A DNA stretch of 63,944 nt, counting the filler, from Octopus bimaculoides (lineage: Eukaryota), in the NCBI RefSeq assembly GCF_001194135.2. It is 10 parts of 9 records of this genome, joined end to end, with 100 filler letters (N's around TTAATTAATTAA, not from the genome) between each part and the next. Parts side by side here need not be neighbours in the genome. Positions count along the whole stretch, not along the records: positions 23,936 to 26,359 come from NC_068991.1; positions 26,460 to 29,198 come from NC_068990.1; positions 29,299 to 31,473 come from NW_026366006.1; positions 31,574 to 36,189 come from NC_068991.1; positions 36,290 to 60,055 come from NC_069000.1; 5 more parts are not named here. One strand, written 5' to 3'. The position numbers and the translations under genes were made by a program. The first letter of the stretch is position 1, and every line of letters starts with the position of its first letter. The notes below the pieces were generated by a model, which had not been told where the DNA came from, searched no databases, and saw nothing but the letters and a program-made list of their open reading frames with translations. Shown piece after piece: positions 26,011-37,490 of this stretch.

Positions 26011-26130
26011 CAGGGTTACGGTTTTTGGGTTAGGGTTAGGGTTTTAGGGTTACGGTTAGGGTTACGATAAGGGTTAGTGTTATGGTTACGGTTTTAGGGT
26101 CAGGGTTAGGGTTTAAGGATTACGGTTACG
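26011..26130 (+). repeat. Degenerate interstitial (TTAGGG)n-like tract
   Basis: About 20 hexamer units mixing TTAGGG, TTACGG, TTTAGG and TCAGGG. Confidence 0.85.
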
Positions 26131-26459
26131 TAATCGTGCGGGTGTTAATCTGAAAAATTACCGAAATGTGAAAACTACCGACCCTGCCAACTGTTATAAC
26201 TTTTGTTGTTCTCTTTAATATGTACATAGATTATGCCTCCAAACAAGACAACTTGCTGGGGAAAGAAAGCAACCGGTTTAAAATGACAGCAACAGACTGC
26301 ATCAATTCAACACATTCCAGAAGCTACTTTGAACATAATGCAAAATGGTGCATCAACATNNNNNNNNNNNNNNNNNNNNNNNNNNNNNNNNNNNNNNNNN
26401 NNNTTAATTAATTAANNNNNNNNNNNNNNNNNNNNNNNNNNNNNNNNNNNNNNNNNNNN

Positions 26460-26508
<49 letters not shown>

Positions 26509-26519
26509 ATATAGGTATG

Positions 26520-27640
26520 CATCATCATTATCATCCTTGCACATGCTCAGTGCACTGCTGGACGAATGGCTCAGCATGTTCTCTCCACTAACCGTGATGT
26601 GATGTTTTCCTTATCCATGCTTTGATGTGGAAGGACTGAAGTCGGCATTCCAACTGCTGCAAGGAATTTCTAGGTATTTCCCTGCTTTATTTATTTTTGG
26701 GATGAGATGTCCACTCTGTGAACTTGGTATTCCCTCAATCCTCCGTTCTTATAAACATTTGTCCGACGAAATCCCGTTTCAAAGTTTTCTTTTCCAGATG
26801 CTATTCGTGGAACCTATTGCCAATCTTATCCTCTTGTTTCCTAACCCTAACCCTAACTTACCAATTTTGTTAATCTTCAGTATTCTTCTATCCATAGGTC
26901 ATTTTGTTGCTCGTAATTTATTTTCAATTCTCTCATTGATAGTCCATGTTGCTAATACCTAATTGTAGGTGCCTCGCACTAGCTATAGGTAATTCTTTTT
27001 AGACACGCGGACAACTTACTACTCGTGATGTGATTCAGTTTAGGAAAGGCTGCTTAGTTATATTCGTCGTTTAATTTATTTTGTCTAGTTTTTATCCTTA
27101 AGCTCAGTAGTTGTCCAAGAACGATAGATTACTTTAAATATTCAAATATTTCATCATCTATTACTACATTTCCAGCTCTAATTAAATGGTTAAAATAGAT
27201 TCATTTTATTAACATCAATTCTATTTTGAATCTACCGTTATTTTTTGTTCCTGTTTCTTTCTTCTGTCAGGTCTCTGAGCATTTCTGTTGGTTCTCTAAT
27301 GCTTCTGGAAAAGAGCGCTATATCAGCAACGACCTAAGTCGATTTAGGGTAATCCTTTTCTATTTATACCTTCAGTGATTAATATAAGATTTTAAAACAC
27401 TCCCCTAACATAGATATGAATGGATTTGTTGAAATGGTGAAAATTTCTGAATTTTGACACCAATCACTTTGATGATTATAGTTGCTATAATTCTACATTT
27501 ATGTTTACATTCGCCAATAAATTCACGTAGTCTCCTTCGATTCCCTTTTCCTCCAGTACTCGTATGCTTATCATTAATTTCCATGGAATCAAAAGATTTT
27601 TGAAAATCTATATATCTTAAGCGTAATGGTATGTAGTAAG
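26520..27640 (-). mobile_element. RTE-clade LINE 3' portion (RT to tail), decayed
   Basis: Minus strand gives YIDFQKSFDSME, VLEEKGIEGDYVNLLANV, ADIALFSRSIRE..EMLRDL (YADD-motif remnant), TWTINERIENKLRA, a degenerate W.GH..R..W...TEW region and a (GAT)n tail. A short TTAGGG run lies at about 26841-26858. Confidence 0.75.
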
Positions 27641-29406
27641 TCTGGTACGTACGTGTATATATATATATATATATATATATATNNNNNNNNNNNNNNNNNN
27701 NNNNNNNNNNNNNNNNNNNNNNNNNNNNNNNNNNNNNNNNNNNNNNNNNNNNNNNNNNNNNNNNNNNNNNNNNNNNNNNNNNNNNNNNNNNNNNNNNNNN
27801 NNNNNNNNNNNNNNNNNNNNNNNNNNNNNNNNNNNNNNNNNNNNNNNNNNNNNNNNNNNNNNNNNNNNNNNNNNNNNNNNNNNNNNNNNNNNNNNNNNNN
27901 NNNNNNNNNNNNNNNNNNNNNNNNNNNNNNNNNNNNNNNNNNNNNNNNNNNNNNNNNNNNNNNNNNNNNNNNNNNNNNNNNNNNNNNNNNNNNNNNNNNN
28001 NNNNNNNNNNNNNNNNNNNNNNNNNNNNNNNNNNNNNNNNNNNNNNNNNNNNNNNNNNNNNNNNNNNNNNNNNNNNNNNNNNNNNNNNNNNNNNNNNNNN
28101 NNNNNNNNNNNNNNNNNNNNNNNNNNNNNNNNNNNNNNNNNNNNNNNNNNNNNNNNNNNNNNNNNNNNNNNNNNNNNNNNNNNNNNNNNNNNNNNNNNNN
28201 NNNNNNNNNNNNNNNNNNNNNNNNNNNNNNNNNNNNNNNNNNNNNNNNNNNNNNNNNNNNNNNNNNNNNNNNNNNNNNNNNNNNNNNNNNNNNNNNNNNN
28301 NNNNNNNNNNNNNNNNNNNNNNNNNNNNNNNNNNNNNNNNNNNNNNNNNNNNNNNNNNNNNNNNNNNNNNNNNNNNNNNNNNTATATATATATATATATT
28401 TATGACACATAAATGGGAACAAATTTGCTTTGCCAAAAACATACTCATACATATTTATGTGATAGATATCTATTGAAGATCAGAAATAATATTGCACTTA
28501 ATGCTTCGTTTACCATGGAGTATATCATTACTATGATTACGCCAACATTAATGTTACAAATATTATAAATCATTACGGTGTACGTCTCTATTTGTGCCAC
28601 CAGTAACAAGACTAGACTGAGTTTAGTGCACTTGGAAATAATTTGTAACGTTTTCCTTTTCATGATGGGGCTTTTGAAGAGAATGCTTTCTTTCGATTTA
28701 TGTGTAGACAAATTTTAATATGCTCACGCCTTTCATCCACATCCATAACTGCATAAACTCACATTGCAAAACGCCTAAACATACAAGGACACGAACATAT
28801 AGAAGTATATATAAGAGTGGGTGCCGTGGACACAGAAAGGCTGAAAGTGTGAGAGAGAGAAAAAGAGAAAGAGAGAAAGATAGAAAGAGAGAGAGAGAGA
28901 GATAAAGGGAGAACGGGAGAAAAAGAGGGAAACAGAAGAAAAGTGATGTAGGCTTAAATACGAAAACGTGTATTAATATACAAAGGCGTAATGACCGGTA
29001 GGAGATGAAAATGCATATTTTCACTCAGACAAAAACAAATTACACTTCTTTTACGCTCTCACAATGCCGTGCTGCCTTTTTGCATCCTTCCCCCTCACTT
29101 AAAGTGCCAGTCACTACTTTTCTCTCTTTCTCTCCTCTCTGTCTGTCTGTCTGTCTGTCTTTCTTTCTCGTTATGTGTATATGTACATATGTATATATNN
29201 NNNNNNNNNNNNNNNNNNNNNNNNNNNNNNNNNNNNNNNNNNTTAATTAATTAANNNNNNNNNNNNNNNNNNNNNNNNNNNNNNNNNNNNNNNNNNNNGC
29301 GGTGCTACAGCATGGCCGCAGTCAAAAGACTGAAACAAGTAAAAGAGTTTAAAAAGAAGAGATTAATTAATTAATTAATTAATTACAGCTGAGATATAGG
29401 TCTTAC

Positions 29407-29547
29407 CTGAGCTTGTGCCTGGCGCGATAGAATTCTTAGAAACGAACCTATTAGCGATCCTATTCCGATGAGGGTTGGAACAACGCCTAGAAGGAAACAT
29501 GTTAGTTTTGGAGAAAGTACGAATAGAGTACCGACGCAGCCTGCTGT
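29407..29547 (-). CDS. ABCB8: Mitochondrial ABC transporter ABCB8, transmembrane-domain exon (phase 0-0, 141 nt)
   Basis: Acceptor TTTCATCATTTCAG and donor CAG|GTAAGA. Encodes TAGCVGTLFVLSPKLTCFLLGVVPTLIGIGSLIGSFLRILSRQAQAQ, compared with recalled human VAGCLVSLSMLSTRLTLLLMVATPALMGVGTLMGSGLRKLSRQCQEQ. It is absent from the ORF track because it is under 60 aa. Confidence 0.9.
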
Positions 29548-29569
29548 CTGAAATGATGAAATGGTAAAA

Positions 29570-31140
29570 TAAGGAAATAAATGAGAAAGAATAATAGTAA
29601 AATAATAATAATAAAATAAAATAAATAATAAAAATAATAATAAAAATAATAATAAATTAATAAAAATACAAATAATAAAAAAAATAATTAAATAATAATA
29701 TTAAAAAAATAATAATAAAATAAAATAAATAATAAATTAATAAAAAATTAATGAAAAATAATATAATAATGAAATAAAATAATAAAATAAATAAAAATAA
29801 ATAATAAAATGATAATAAAATAAATAAAAATAAATAAAATAAATAATAGTAAAATAATAATAATAAAATAAAATAAATAAAAATAAATAATAATAAAACA
29901 ATAATAATAAAATAAATAAAAATAAATAATAGTAAAATAATAATAAAAATAATAATCAAATAATAATAATAAAATAAAGAATAATATAGTAATAATAAAA
30001 ATAATAATAACAATGATAATAAAAATAATAATAAAATAAAATAATAAAATAAATAATAATAAATTAGTAAAAATAATAATAAAATAAAATAAATAATAAA
30101 ATAATAATAAAAATAATACTAAAAATGATACTAAAAGAATAATAAAATAAAATAACATAGATAAAAATAAATAATAAAATAATAAAATACAAAATAAAAT
30201 AATAATAAAAATGATAAAAAATAATAAAATAATAATAAAATAAATAAAAATAAATAAAATAAATAAAAATAAATAATAGTAAAATAATAATAATAAAATG
30301 AAATAATAATAATAAAATAAAATAAATAATAAAATGATAATAAATAATAAAAATAATAATAATAAAATAATAATAAAAATAATACTAAAATTAGATAATA
30401 AAATAAATAAAAATAAATATAAATAAAAATAAATAATAGTAAAATAATAATAATAAAATAATAATGAATAATAATAAAAATAATAATCTGATTTTTAATC
30501 AAATAATAATAATAAAATAAAATAATAAATAAAATAATAATGAAATGATAAAATAATAAAATAAATAATAATAAAATAATAATGGAAATTGTAATAAAAA
30601 TAATAATCAAATAATAATATTAAAATAATAAAATAAAATAAATATAATGAAATAATAAAATAATAAATTATAAAATAATAAATAAAATAAAATAAAAAAT
30701 AAAATAAAATAAAACAATAAATAATAATATAAATAAAAATAAATAATAATAAAATATTAATAAAATAAAATAAAAAATAAAATAATAATAAATTAATAAA
30801 AAAAAATAATAAATCAATAATAATCATCAACATCAACAGAAAATAAATTAATAAAAAATAATAATAAATTAATAAAAATAAATTAATAAAACATAATAAT
30901 AAAAATAATAATAAATTAATAAAAATAAATTAATAAAAAACTAATAATAAATTAATAAAAAATAACAATAAATTAATAAAAATAAATTAATAAAAAATAA
31001 CAACAAATTAATAAAAATAAATTAACAAAAATAAAAATAAAGTAATAAAAAATAATAATAAAATTATAAATTATAAAATAATAAATAATAATAAAAATAA
31101 TAATAAATTAATAAAAATAAATAATAATAAAAAATAATAA
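29570..31140. repeat. About 1.6-kb strand-biased (AAT/AAAT/AAAAT) low-complexity tract filling an ABCB8 intron
   Basis: The + strand is almost only A and T, with rare G and C. It is the source of the F/I/L/Y pseudo-ORFs. Confidence 0.95.
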
Positions 31141-31195
31141 TAAAAACGTTTAAAAGAAAAAAAACAATCGAACAAAAGACCAAATTTAAACAAAC

Positions 31196-31271
31196 CTGCG
31201 TAAAAGACTTCAGCCCCTGCGATATACAAGCTTTGAACGAGCTTTTAAACTCCTGAACATCTGATGTAAGC
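31196..31271 (-). CDS. ABCB8: ABCB8 exon (phase 2-0, 76 nt)
   Basis: Acceptor CTTTATCTTTTCCAG and donor CAG|GTTTGT. Encodes (R)[25 protein letters not shown], compared with recalled human [26 protein letters not shown]. It splices in frame to 29547. Confidence 0.93.
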
Positions 31272-31573
31272 CTGGAAAAGATAAAGGGGAGGGTTTTAAC
31301 AAAAGCACAAGGGCCGGGGTTCTTAGAGAAGGGCTTATATACTGTGAGAGGTTTGCTGTAGAGATCTTGGCATTGGGGTAACAGAAAATGGACTGGGAAA
31401 TCAATCTTAATATATATATGAGGGGCTTCTATCAGTTTCCGTCTACCAAATCCACTCACAAGGTTTTGGTCGGNNNNNNNNNNNNNNNNNNNNNNNNNNN
31501 NNNNNNNNNNNNNNNNNTTAATTAATTAANNNNNNNNNNNNNNNNNNNNNNNNNNNNNNNNNNNNNNNNNNNN

Positions 31574-31638
<65 letters not shown>

Positions 31639-31735
31639 CATACATATTTATATATCTTCTGCCGTCTTTTATCTATATAGATATTTATATATGCTGCTTT
31701 TGCTACCTTCCCTCTATCTATATACATACATATAA

Positions 31736-31787
<52 letters not shown>

Positions 31788-32138
31788 GTCTTTTGCTCTC
31801 TATTATTTAGTGTGTGTGTGTGCGTGTGTGTGTATACATGAATGGAAACATCAAATTGTTGCAATATAAGTTCCGTTTCTGATGATAGAATTTGAGGCAA
31901 AGAACGTTAAGATTCGAAAGTAACCCGTCCGCTACCGCCTTTCTCTCTCCGAGACAAAATACAGAACAAGGTTTTCGTGAAGCGTCTACACTTACGTTAT
32001 TGTATATAGCCCTCACTGACGTCACACGTGATACACAGATACATTCTCAGTTGTTTAAGTTACCAACTTTTTATTCAATGCTCTTTCAAGTCTCCCCAGT
32101 TGATACGTAAGACTTGGGTTGTGAGCGAAGATGTTTAC

Positions 32139-32306
32139 CGTAGTTCAGCCTGCTTAAAATAAATGATTTTGAAAGTGCGGATATTATTGGTGTGACTCTC
32201 ATAGTAAGTATTCCTAGTACTCAGTACCCAGTTTCTAAGCTTTCGTAAGTTTCTCAACACTGAGTTTTGGTGCAAGATAGACCATTTCATCAGATATCCG
32301 CTTTTC
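32139..32306 (-). CDS. ABCB8: Proposed ABCB8 exon 2, mitochondrial presequence-like (phase 2-2, 168 nt)
   Basis: Acceptor TTCTGTCTTTCCTTAG and donor CG|GTAAAC. Only the phase compatible with ATG GC| is open, giving KSGYLMKWSILHQNSVLRNLRKLRNWVLSTRNTYYESHTNNIRTFKIIYFKQAEL (R/K-rich, no acidic residue in the first 35). There is no homology evidence. Confidence 0.55.
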
Positions 32307-33055
32307 CTAAGGAAAGACAGAATTTTAAGGTTTGCGCAACATGTTATTGTGACAAGTTTATGACCCGTTATTTTATGCCTGCAGTAAGTAATAATATTTG
32401 TTTCATTGAAATATAGGCATACAAACAAGAGAGGATTTAAAAAAAGGCAAAACATTATTGAGATGAGAGAAACATTTTCTTTTATTTATGCGCCCTTTTA
32501 AATCCTAGCCAGGCTCATGGGCCCGGTTTCAATGGCGCATGTGTTCGCCAGCTGGACGGGACGCCAGTCCATCGCAGCGTTAATCATTTTTGCCAGCTGA
32601 GTGGACTGAAGCAACGTGAAGTGAAGTGTTTTTTTCTCAAGAACAGGACGCGTCGCCCGGTCCAGGAATCGAAACCACAATCTTACGACCATGATGCTGA
32701 CACCCTAACCACTAAGCCACGCGCCTCCACAGAAAGAAACATTTAATAAATCAAAATACATAGTTTTTGTTTTTATTTCTATATGCAATATTAATATACA
32801 ACAAAGGCGCATTGTTCAGTGGTTAGAGCGTCGGGCTCACAATTATGAAGTATTGAGTTCGATTCTCGGACCGGGCTGTGTGTTGTGTTCTTGAACAAGA
32901 CACTTTATTTCACGTTGCTCCAGTTCAATCGGTTGTGGAAATGAAATGCGACGTCACGGGTGCAAATCTGTCCTTCATTTGGTTCTGAACATCAAGCATT
33001 AAGATCCGATTTAAAGGCATTTGGGTTGCTATTTCTAGCAAGTATAGCTTGGCTG

Positions 33056-33440
33056 ACTTACGCCATCTTGGCTGGCGTTTGTCAGATGACGTCAGAGATC
33101 AAGGGGAGATAAATGACATTAGGTTCGTTAAGAAATGAGTCGTTGGTATGCATAGGTGATTGTTTGTCTTCCATAAACAACCTTGTCCGGGTTTGTGCCT
33201 TAGAGGGAAACTTCCTAGGTGCAATGCCATGGTCATTTATGACCGAAGGGAGTCTTTACACTTACAAAATACAACAAAAGCATAGACAGGAAGTTTTGAC
33301 AATGAATTTCTTTGTATATAATTGAATTAATTATAGTGAATTTTACATTTTCATAATCGGGATACCCGTTAGATCTTCTTAATATAATAAATTGACTTTG
33401 GACAGCAATTTGCAATTGACCGCGTATGAAAACGTAAGTA
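33056..33440. promoter_or_regulatory. Candidate bidirectional housekeeping-type promoter
   Basis: YY1-type CGCCATCTT at 33061-33069 and CRE palindrome TGACGTCA at 33087-33094. Outward-facing consensus donors lie on both strands (minus at 33061, plus AC|GTAAGT at 33434). CpG-enriched flanks include an ETS-type CCGGAAGT at 34453-34460. Confidence 0.55.
33062..33066 (-). CDS. ABCB8: Proposed start-codon exon (ATG GC|GTAAGT) of the minus-strand gene
   Basis: Minus strand reads CCAAG ATG GC|GTAAGT: strong Kozak context, perfect donor, and phase matching 32306. Assignment to ABCB8 is inferred across a gap. Confidence 0.6.
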
Positions 33441-33832
33441 GAGTGAGAGATCGAGGTAAAAAAAAAAAAAAAAAGAAAGAAAAACCGCGGCAGACAGACA
33501 GAGCAGAAGAGAGGTGACGAAGCGTATTCGGTGAGAGATTGAAGGAAAAACTATGGTTGAACGTTTTCGCTGCGTCGCTTATTTGACTTTCTGATATTAT
33601 TTGTTCTTCATTTATGATAAACTTTTCGATAATGAAATGACTTCTAAAATGGCATAAGAAAATAATTATTCAACAATTTTCTGAAATGGTCGAATGGAGG
33701 AAACTGATGTGAAGAAGGCCTGTGAGTCGTCTTGGTTACTTGTACTGAGTGAGATCGAATAAAAATAGTGATAGATAGATAGATAGATAGATAAACAGAC
33801 AGACAGATAGGTAGGTAGATAGATAGATAATT

Positions 33833-33931
<99 letters not shown>

Positions 33932-34120
33932 CAGATGGCTAAATGCATGGCATTTCTTATTAAAATTTGACAGAGACGAATGTTTTCTTAAGAGAAATTT
34001 CAAGAGCGTAGATTTATCATTTTATTCCTGCTTTTTAATAAACACACATTTTGTTAAATGAAGTTCTTTATTTTCGAAAGTTGTAGCTTAACGTTATGAA
34101 CGACTGCATTGAGAAATATA

Positions 34121-34299
34121 CGAAGAGGTGCTGAACAGTTCCTGGTTTTAAAGGTGTCGCGAAAGGCCTGGTTGGAGTCCCAACCTTCCGAGTTCTTTTA
34201 AAGGGATAATTAATGCGAATCTATTTAATAAAATCATAAACTGATCCTCCTGTGTTTTTTTTTTTACCCAAAACTAAGGAACTTTTCAGTATCCCCTCG
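34121..34299. mobile_element. mariner-type MITE with TA target duplication
   Basis: TA|CGAAGAGGTGCTGAACAGTTCCTGGTTTT ... AAAACTAAGGAACTTTTCAGTATCCCCTCG|TA, imperfect TIRs of about 29 bp. Confidence 0.8.
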
Positions 34300-34897
34300 T
34301 ATATGAGCGTGTATACGTATATATACGTTCAGGCATACATACACACATACAGACAGGCAGACGGACGAACGGGCGGATAGACAGGCACTGAGATAGACAG
34401 AGAATGCGAAACAGAAAGAGAGAGAGAGAAAGAGGTGGTGTTGCGAACGAAACCGGAAGTTATGTTACAGACAGATTTCACAAAATTATAATAACGATTT
34501 GACCCATTGTTTAAGCCATACATCTAGGAACTACTGGAGCGCAACTATATTGTCGTTTATCTTGATCACAAGCATCACTTTAGTGCTATCTACATAGCTG
34601 CAGAGTGAGACCGATTGTATATCTTTGATTAAGTGCCAGGCAAACATTAGGAAGAACAAAAGGGTCACTCTATGTATCAGGACAGACTTTCCAAAAGTAC
34701 ACATGCACCAATATACATACAATAATAAATAGACACTGTTTTAAAAACATAATATATAGTTCAATGTGGACCATCTGTTAATTTCTCTATTGTCTTGGCG
34801 TCGGAAGTACATATGTCTACTTGAAAGATGTGGACATAGAGCTATCGCCACGTTCCATCTACACACTCAGACACACACACACGCACTCGCACACACA

Positions 34898-34932
<35 letters not shown>

Positions 34933-36068
34933 NNNNNNNNNNNNNNNNNNNNNNNNNNNNNNNNNNNNNNNNNNNNNNNNNNNNNNNNNNNNNNNNNNNN
35001 NNNNNNNNNNNNNNNNNNNNNNNNNNNNNNNNNNNNNNNNNNNNNNNNNNNNNNNNNNNNNNNNNNNNNNNNNNNNNNNNNNNNNNNNNNNNNNNNNNNN
35101 NNNNNNNNNNNNNNNNNNNNNNNNNNNNNNNNNNNNNNNNNNNNNNNNNNNNNNNNNNNNNNNNNNNNNNNNNNNNNNNNNNNNNNNNNNNNNNNNNNNN
35201 NNNNNNNNNNNNNNNNNNNNNNNNNNNNNNNNNNNNNNNNNNNNNNNNNNNNNNNNNNNNNNNNNNNNNNNNNNNNNNNNNNNNNNNNNNNNNNNNNNNN
35301 NNNNNNNNNNNNNNNNNNNNNNNNNNNNNNNNNNNNNNNNNNNNNNNNNNNNNNNNNNNNNNNNNNNNNNNNNNNNNNNNNNNNNNNNNNNNNNNNNNNN
35401 NNNNNNNNNNNNNNNNNNNNNNNNNNNNNNNNNNNNNNNNNNNNNNNNNNNNNNNNNNNNNNNNTATATATATATATATATATGCTTGTACTTCTGTATA
35501 GATAAATGTAAATGTACGTATGTATTGAATATGTGCACTATATATATGTGTGTGTGTGTATACACACGCACATATATATACATATATATCCATCTATGTA
35601 TGTATGTATGTATGTATGTATGTATGTATGTACGTATGTATGTATGTATGTATGTATGTATCTATCTATCTATCTATACACACACACACGCACGAGTAAG
35701 CACATATATGCAAAAAAAAAGGTGAGAAAAAATGTTTCTCAAAAACCGGAGTAGCTTGCTTTTTTTCTTTTTATTAAAGGTGCAAAATATCACAAGAGTC
35801 TTGATCACAACTCTCCGACGAATGGAAACATGGGATCTATTTCAAAACGGGGGCACCAGTTTTCATTAATGTTTTATGTAGTGTTTTTGGTACCGAAAGA
35901 CTTTCAAACTTCGTATACTTATCTATTTTGTGTTATAGAACAGAAAAAAAATTTTGTATTCGAATTTATTTCATGTAAAAAATTGTCTTATTTCGATAAT
36001 TTCTACTAATCACTGACGTCTATTCAGTTGAAAACAGTTAGCGCTGTAACGGTGTATAGCGTATTAAT

Positions 36069-36140
36069 CCCCTAACCCTAACCCTAACCCTAACTAGACT
36101 GTTAACCCTAACCCTAACCCTAAAACTAACCCTAACTCTA
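36069..36140 (-). repeat. Interstitial (CCCTAA)n telomere-like tract within a probable dispersed element (about 35770-36189)
   Basis: Two runs of CCCTAA units separated by CTAGACTGT, degrading into CTAACTCTAG. Confidence 0.85.
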
Positions 36141-36350
36141 GAATCCGAACTCTAAAATTATTACACACATAGATACGCACAGCGTAATTNNNNNNNNNNN
36201 NNNNNNNNNNNNNNNNNNNNNNNNNNNNNNNNNTTAATTAATTAANNNNNNNNNNNNNNNNNNNNNNNNNNNNNNNNNNNNNNNNNNNNTATATATAGAG
36301 AGAGAGAGAGAGAGATAAATAGATAGATAGATAGATAGATATAGATACAG

Positions 36351-36406
<56 letters not shown>

Positions 36407-37159
36407 GCATATACATACATACATACATAGTGTATATGAGTAATTTTGTGTTTCAGGGCATGAAAGCAATTTCATAATTTCGAAACTGTCATGCCTAAGG
36501 ATTTCCTCACATAACTTCAAATTTAACTTGAAGCAATTTGTATAAGGTGAGTGTTTCCACTAAACTTGCAAAGGTGAAAGTCTTCGAAAACAATTTATTG
36601 AACCATTGCTGATATTTATAGATGGGTGTACCTGTCTATATGTATATGTGTACATATGTCTGTAAAGGCACATGGCTCGGTGGTTAGAGTGTCAGGCTTA
36701 CAATCATGAGTTAGTGAGTTCGATTCCTGGACTGGGTTGCGTGTCGTGTTCTTGAGCAAGACTCTTTATTTCATGTTGCTCCAGTTCCACTCAGCTGTTG
36801 AAATGAGTTGTGACGTCACTGATGCCAAGCTGTATCAGCCTTTTGCCTTTCCCTTGGGTGGTACGGACCGGGAAGGCTGGTATACAGCCTTCATCATCAT
36901 CATCATCATAATTTAACACCTGTTTTCCAGTCTGCCATGGATTAGATGGTTTGACAGAGGTTGGCCAGTCAGAGAGCTGACCAGGCATCAGTTGTCTGTT
37001 TTGGAATGGTTTCTATGCCCTTCCTAATGCCAACCACTTTACAGAGTATGCTGTGCATGTTTTCGGGTGGCACCGGCATAGGTGCTTTTAGGTGGCACTG
37101 GCACGTGAAATGAAAATTAAATGAGTTACCAGCTGTTAAGGTGTGTACACATATTTTTG

Positions 37160-37490
37160 GGGACTCCCTGTGCACATGCACACACATGCACACACACACA
37201 CACGCATGCACACACACACACACGCATGCTCACACACACAGATATACACACATGCACATGCACACAAACACACACAAATGCACACTGACACACACACACA
37301 CACACACATGCATATACACACAAAAACACACACTGACATACACACAGACATGCACGCACACACACAAACACACACGCACACATACTGACACACACACACA
37401 GACACAGACACTGACACACATGCACACACACACAAACACACACACACACACACACAATCACATACAAACACTGACACACACACACACATG
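37160..37490. repeat. Degenerate (CA)n-rich tract
   Basis: Directly visible. It is the source of the HT/CV pseudo-ORFs. Confidence 0.9.

Noticed and set aside
26627-26962. 111-aa + strand ORF
   Set aside because: It is antisense to the RTE LINE 3' region, so a shadow ORF.
27230-27330. Minus-strand VVADIALFSRSIRE, resembling ABCB8 GVADEALGNVRTVR, and a + strand AG...GT exon-like segment
   Set aside because: The flanks show it is the YADD-motif remnant of the RTE reverse transcriptase spanning 26520-27640.
29657-31459. Long F/I/L/Y-rich membrane-protein-like ORFs
   Set aside because: They are translations of the A/T tract. Only 31196-31271 within them is a real exon.
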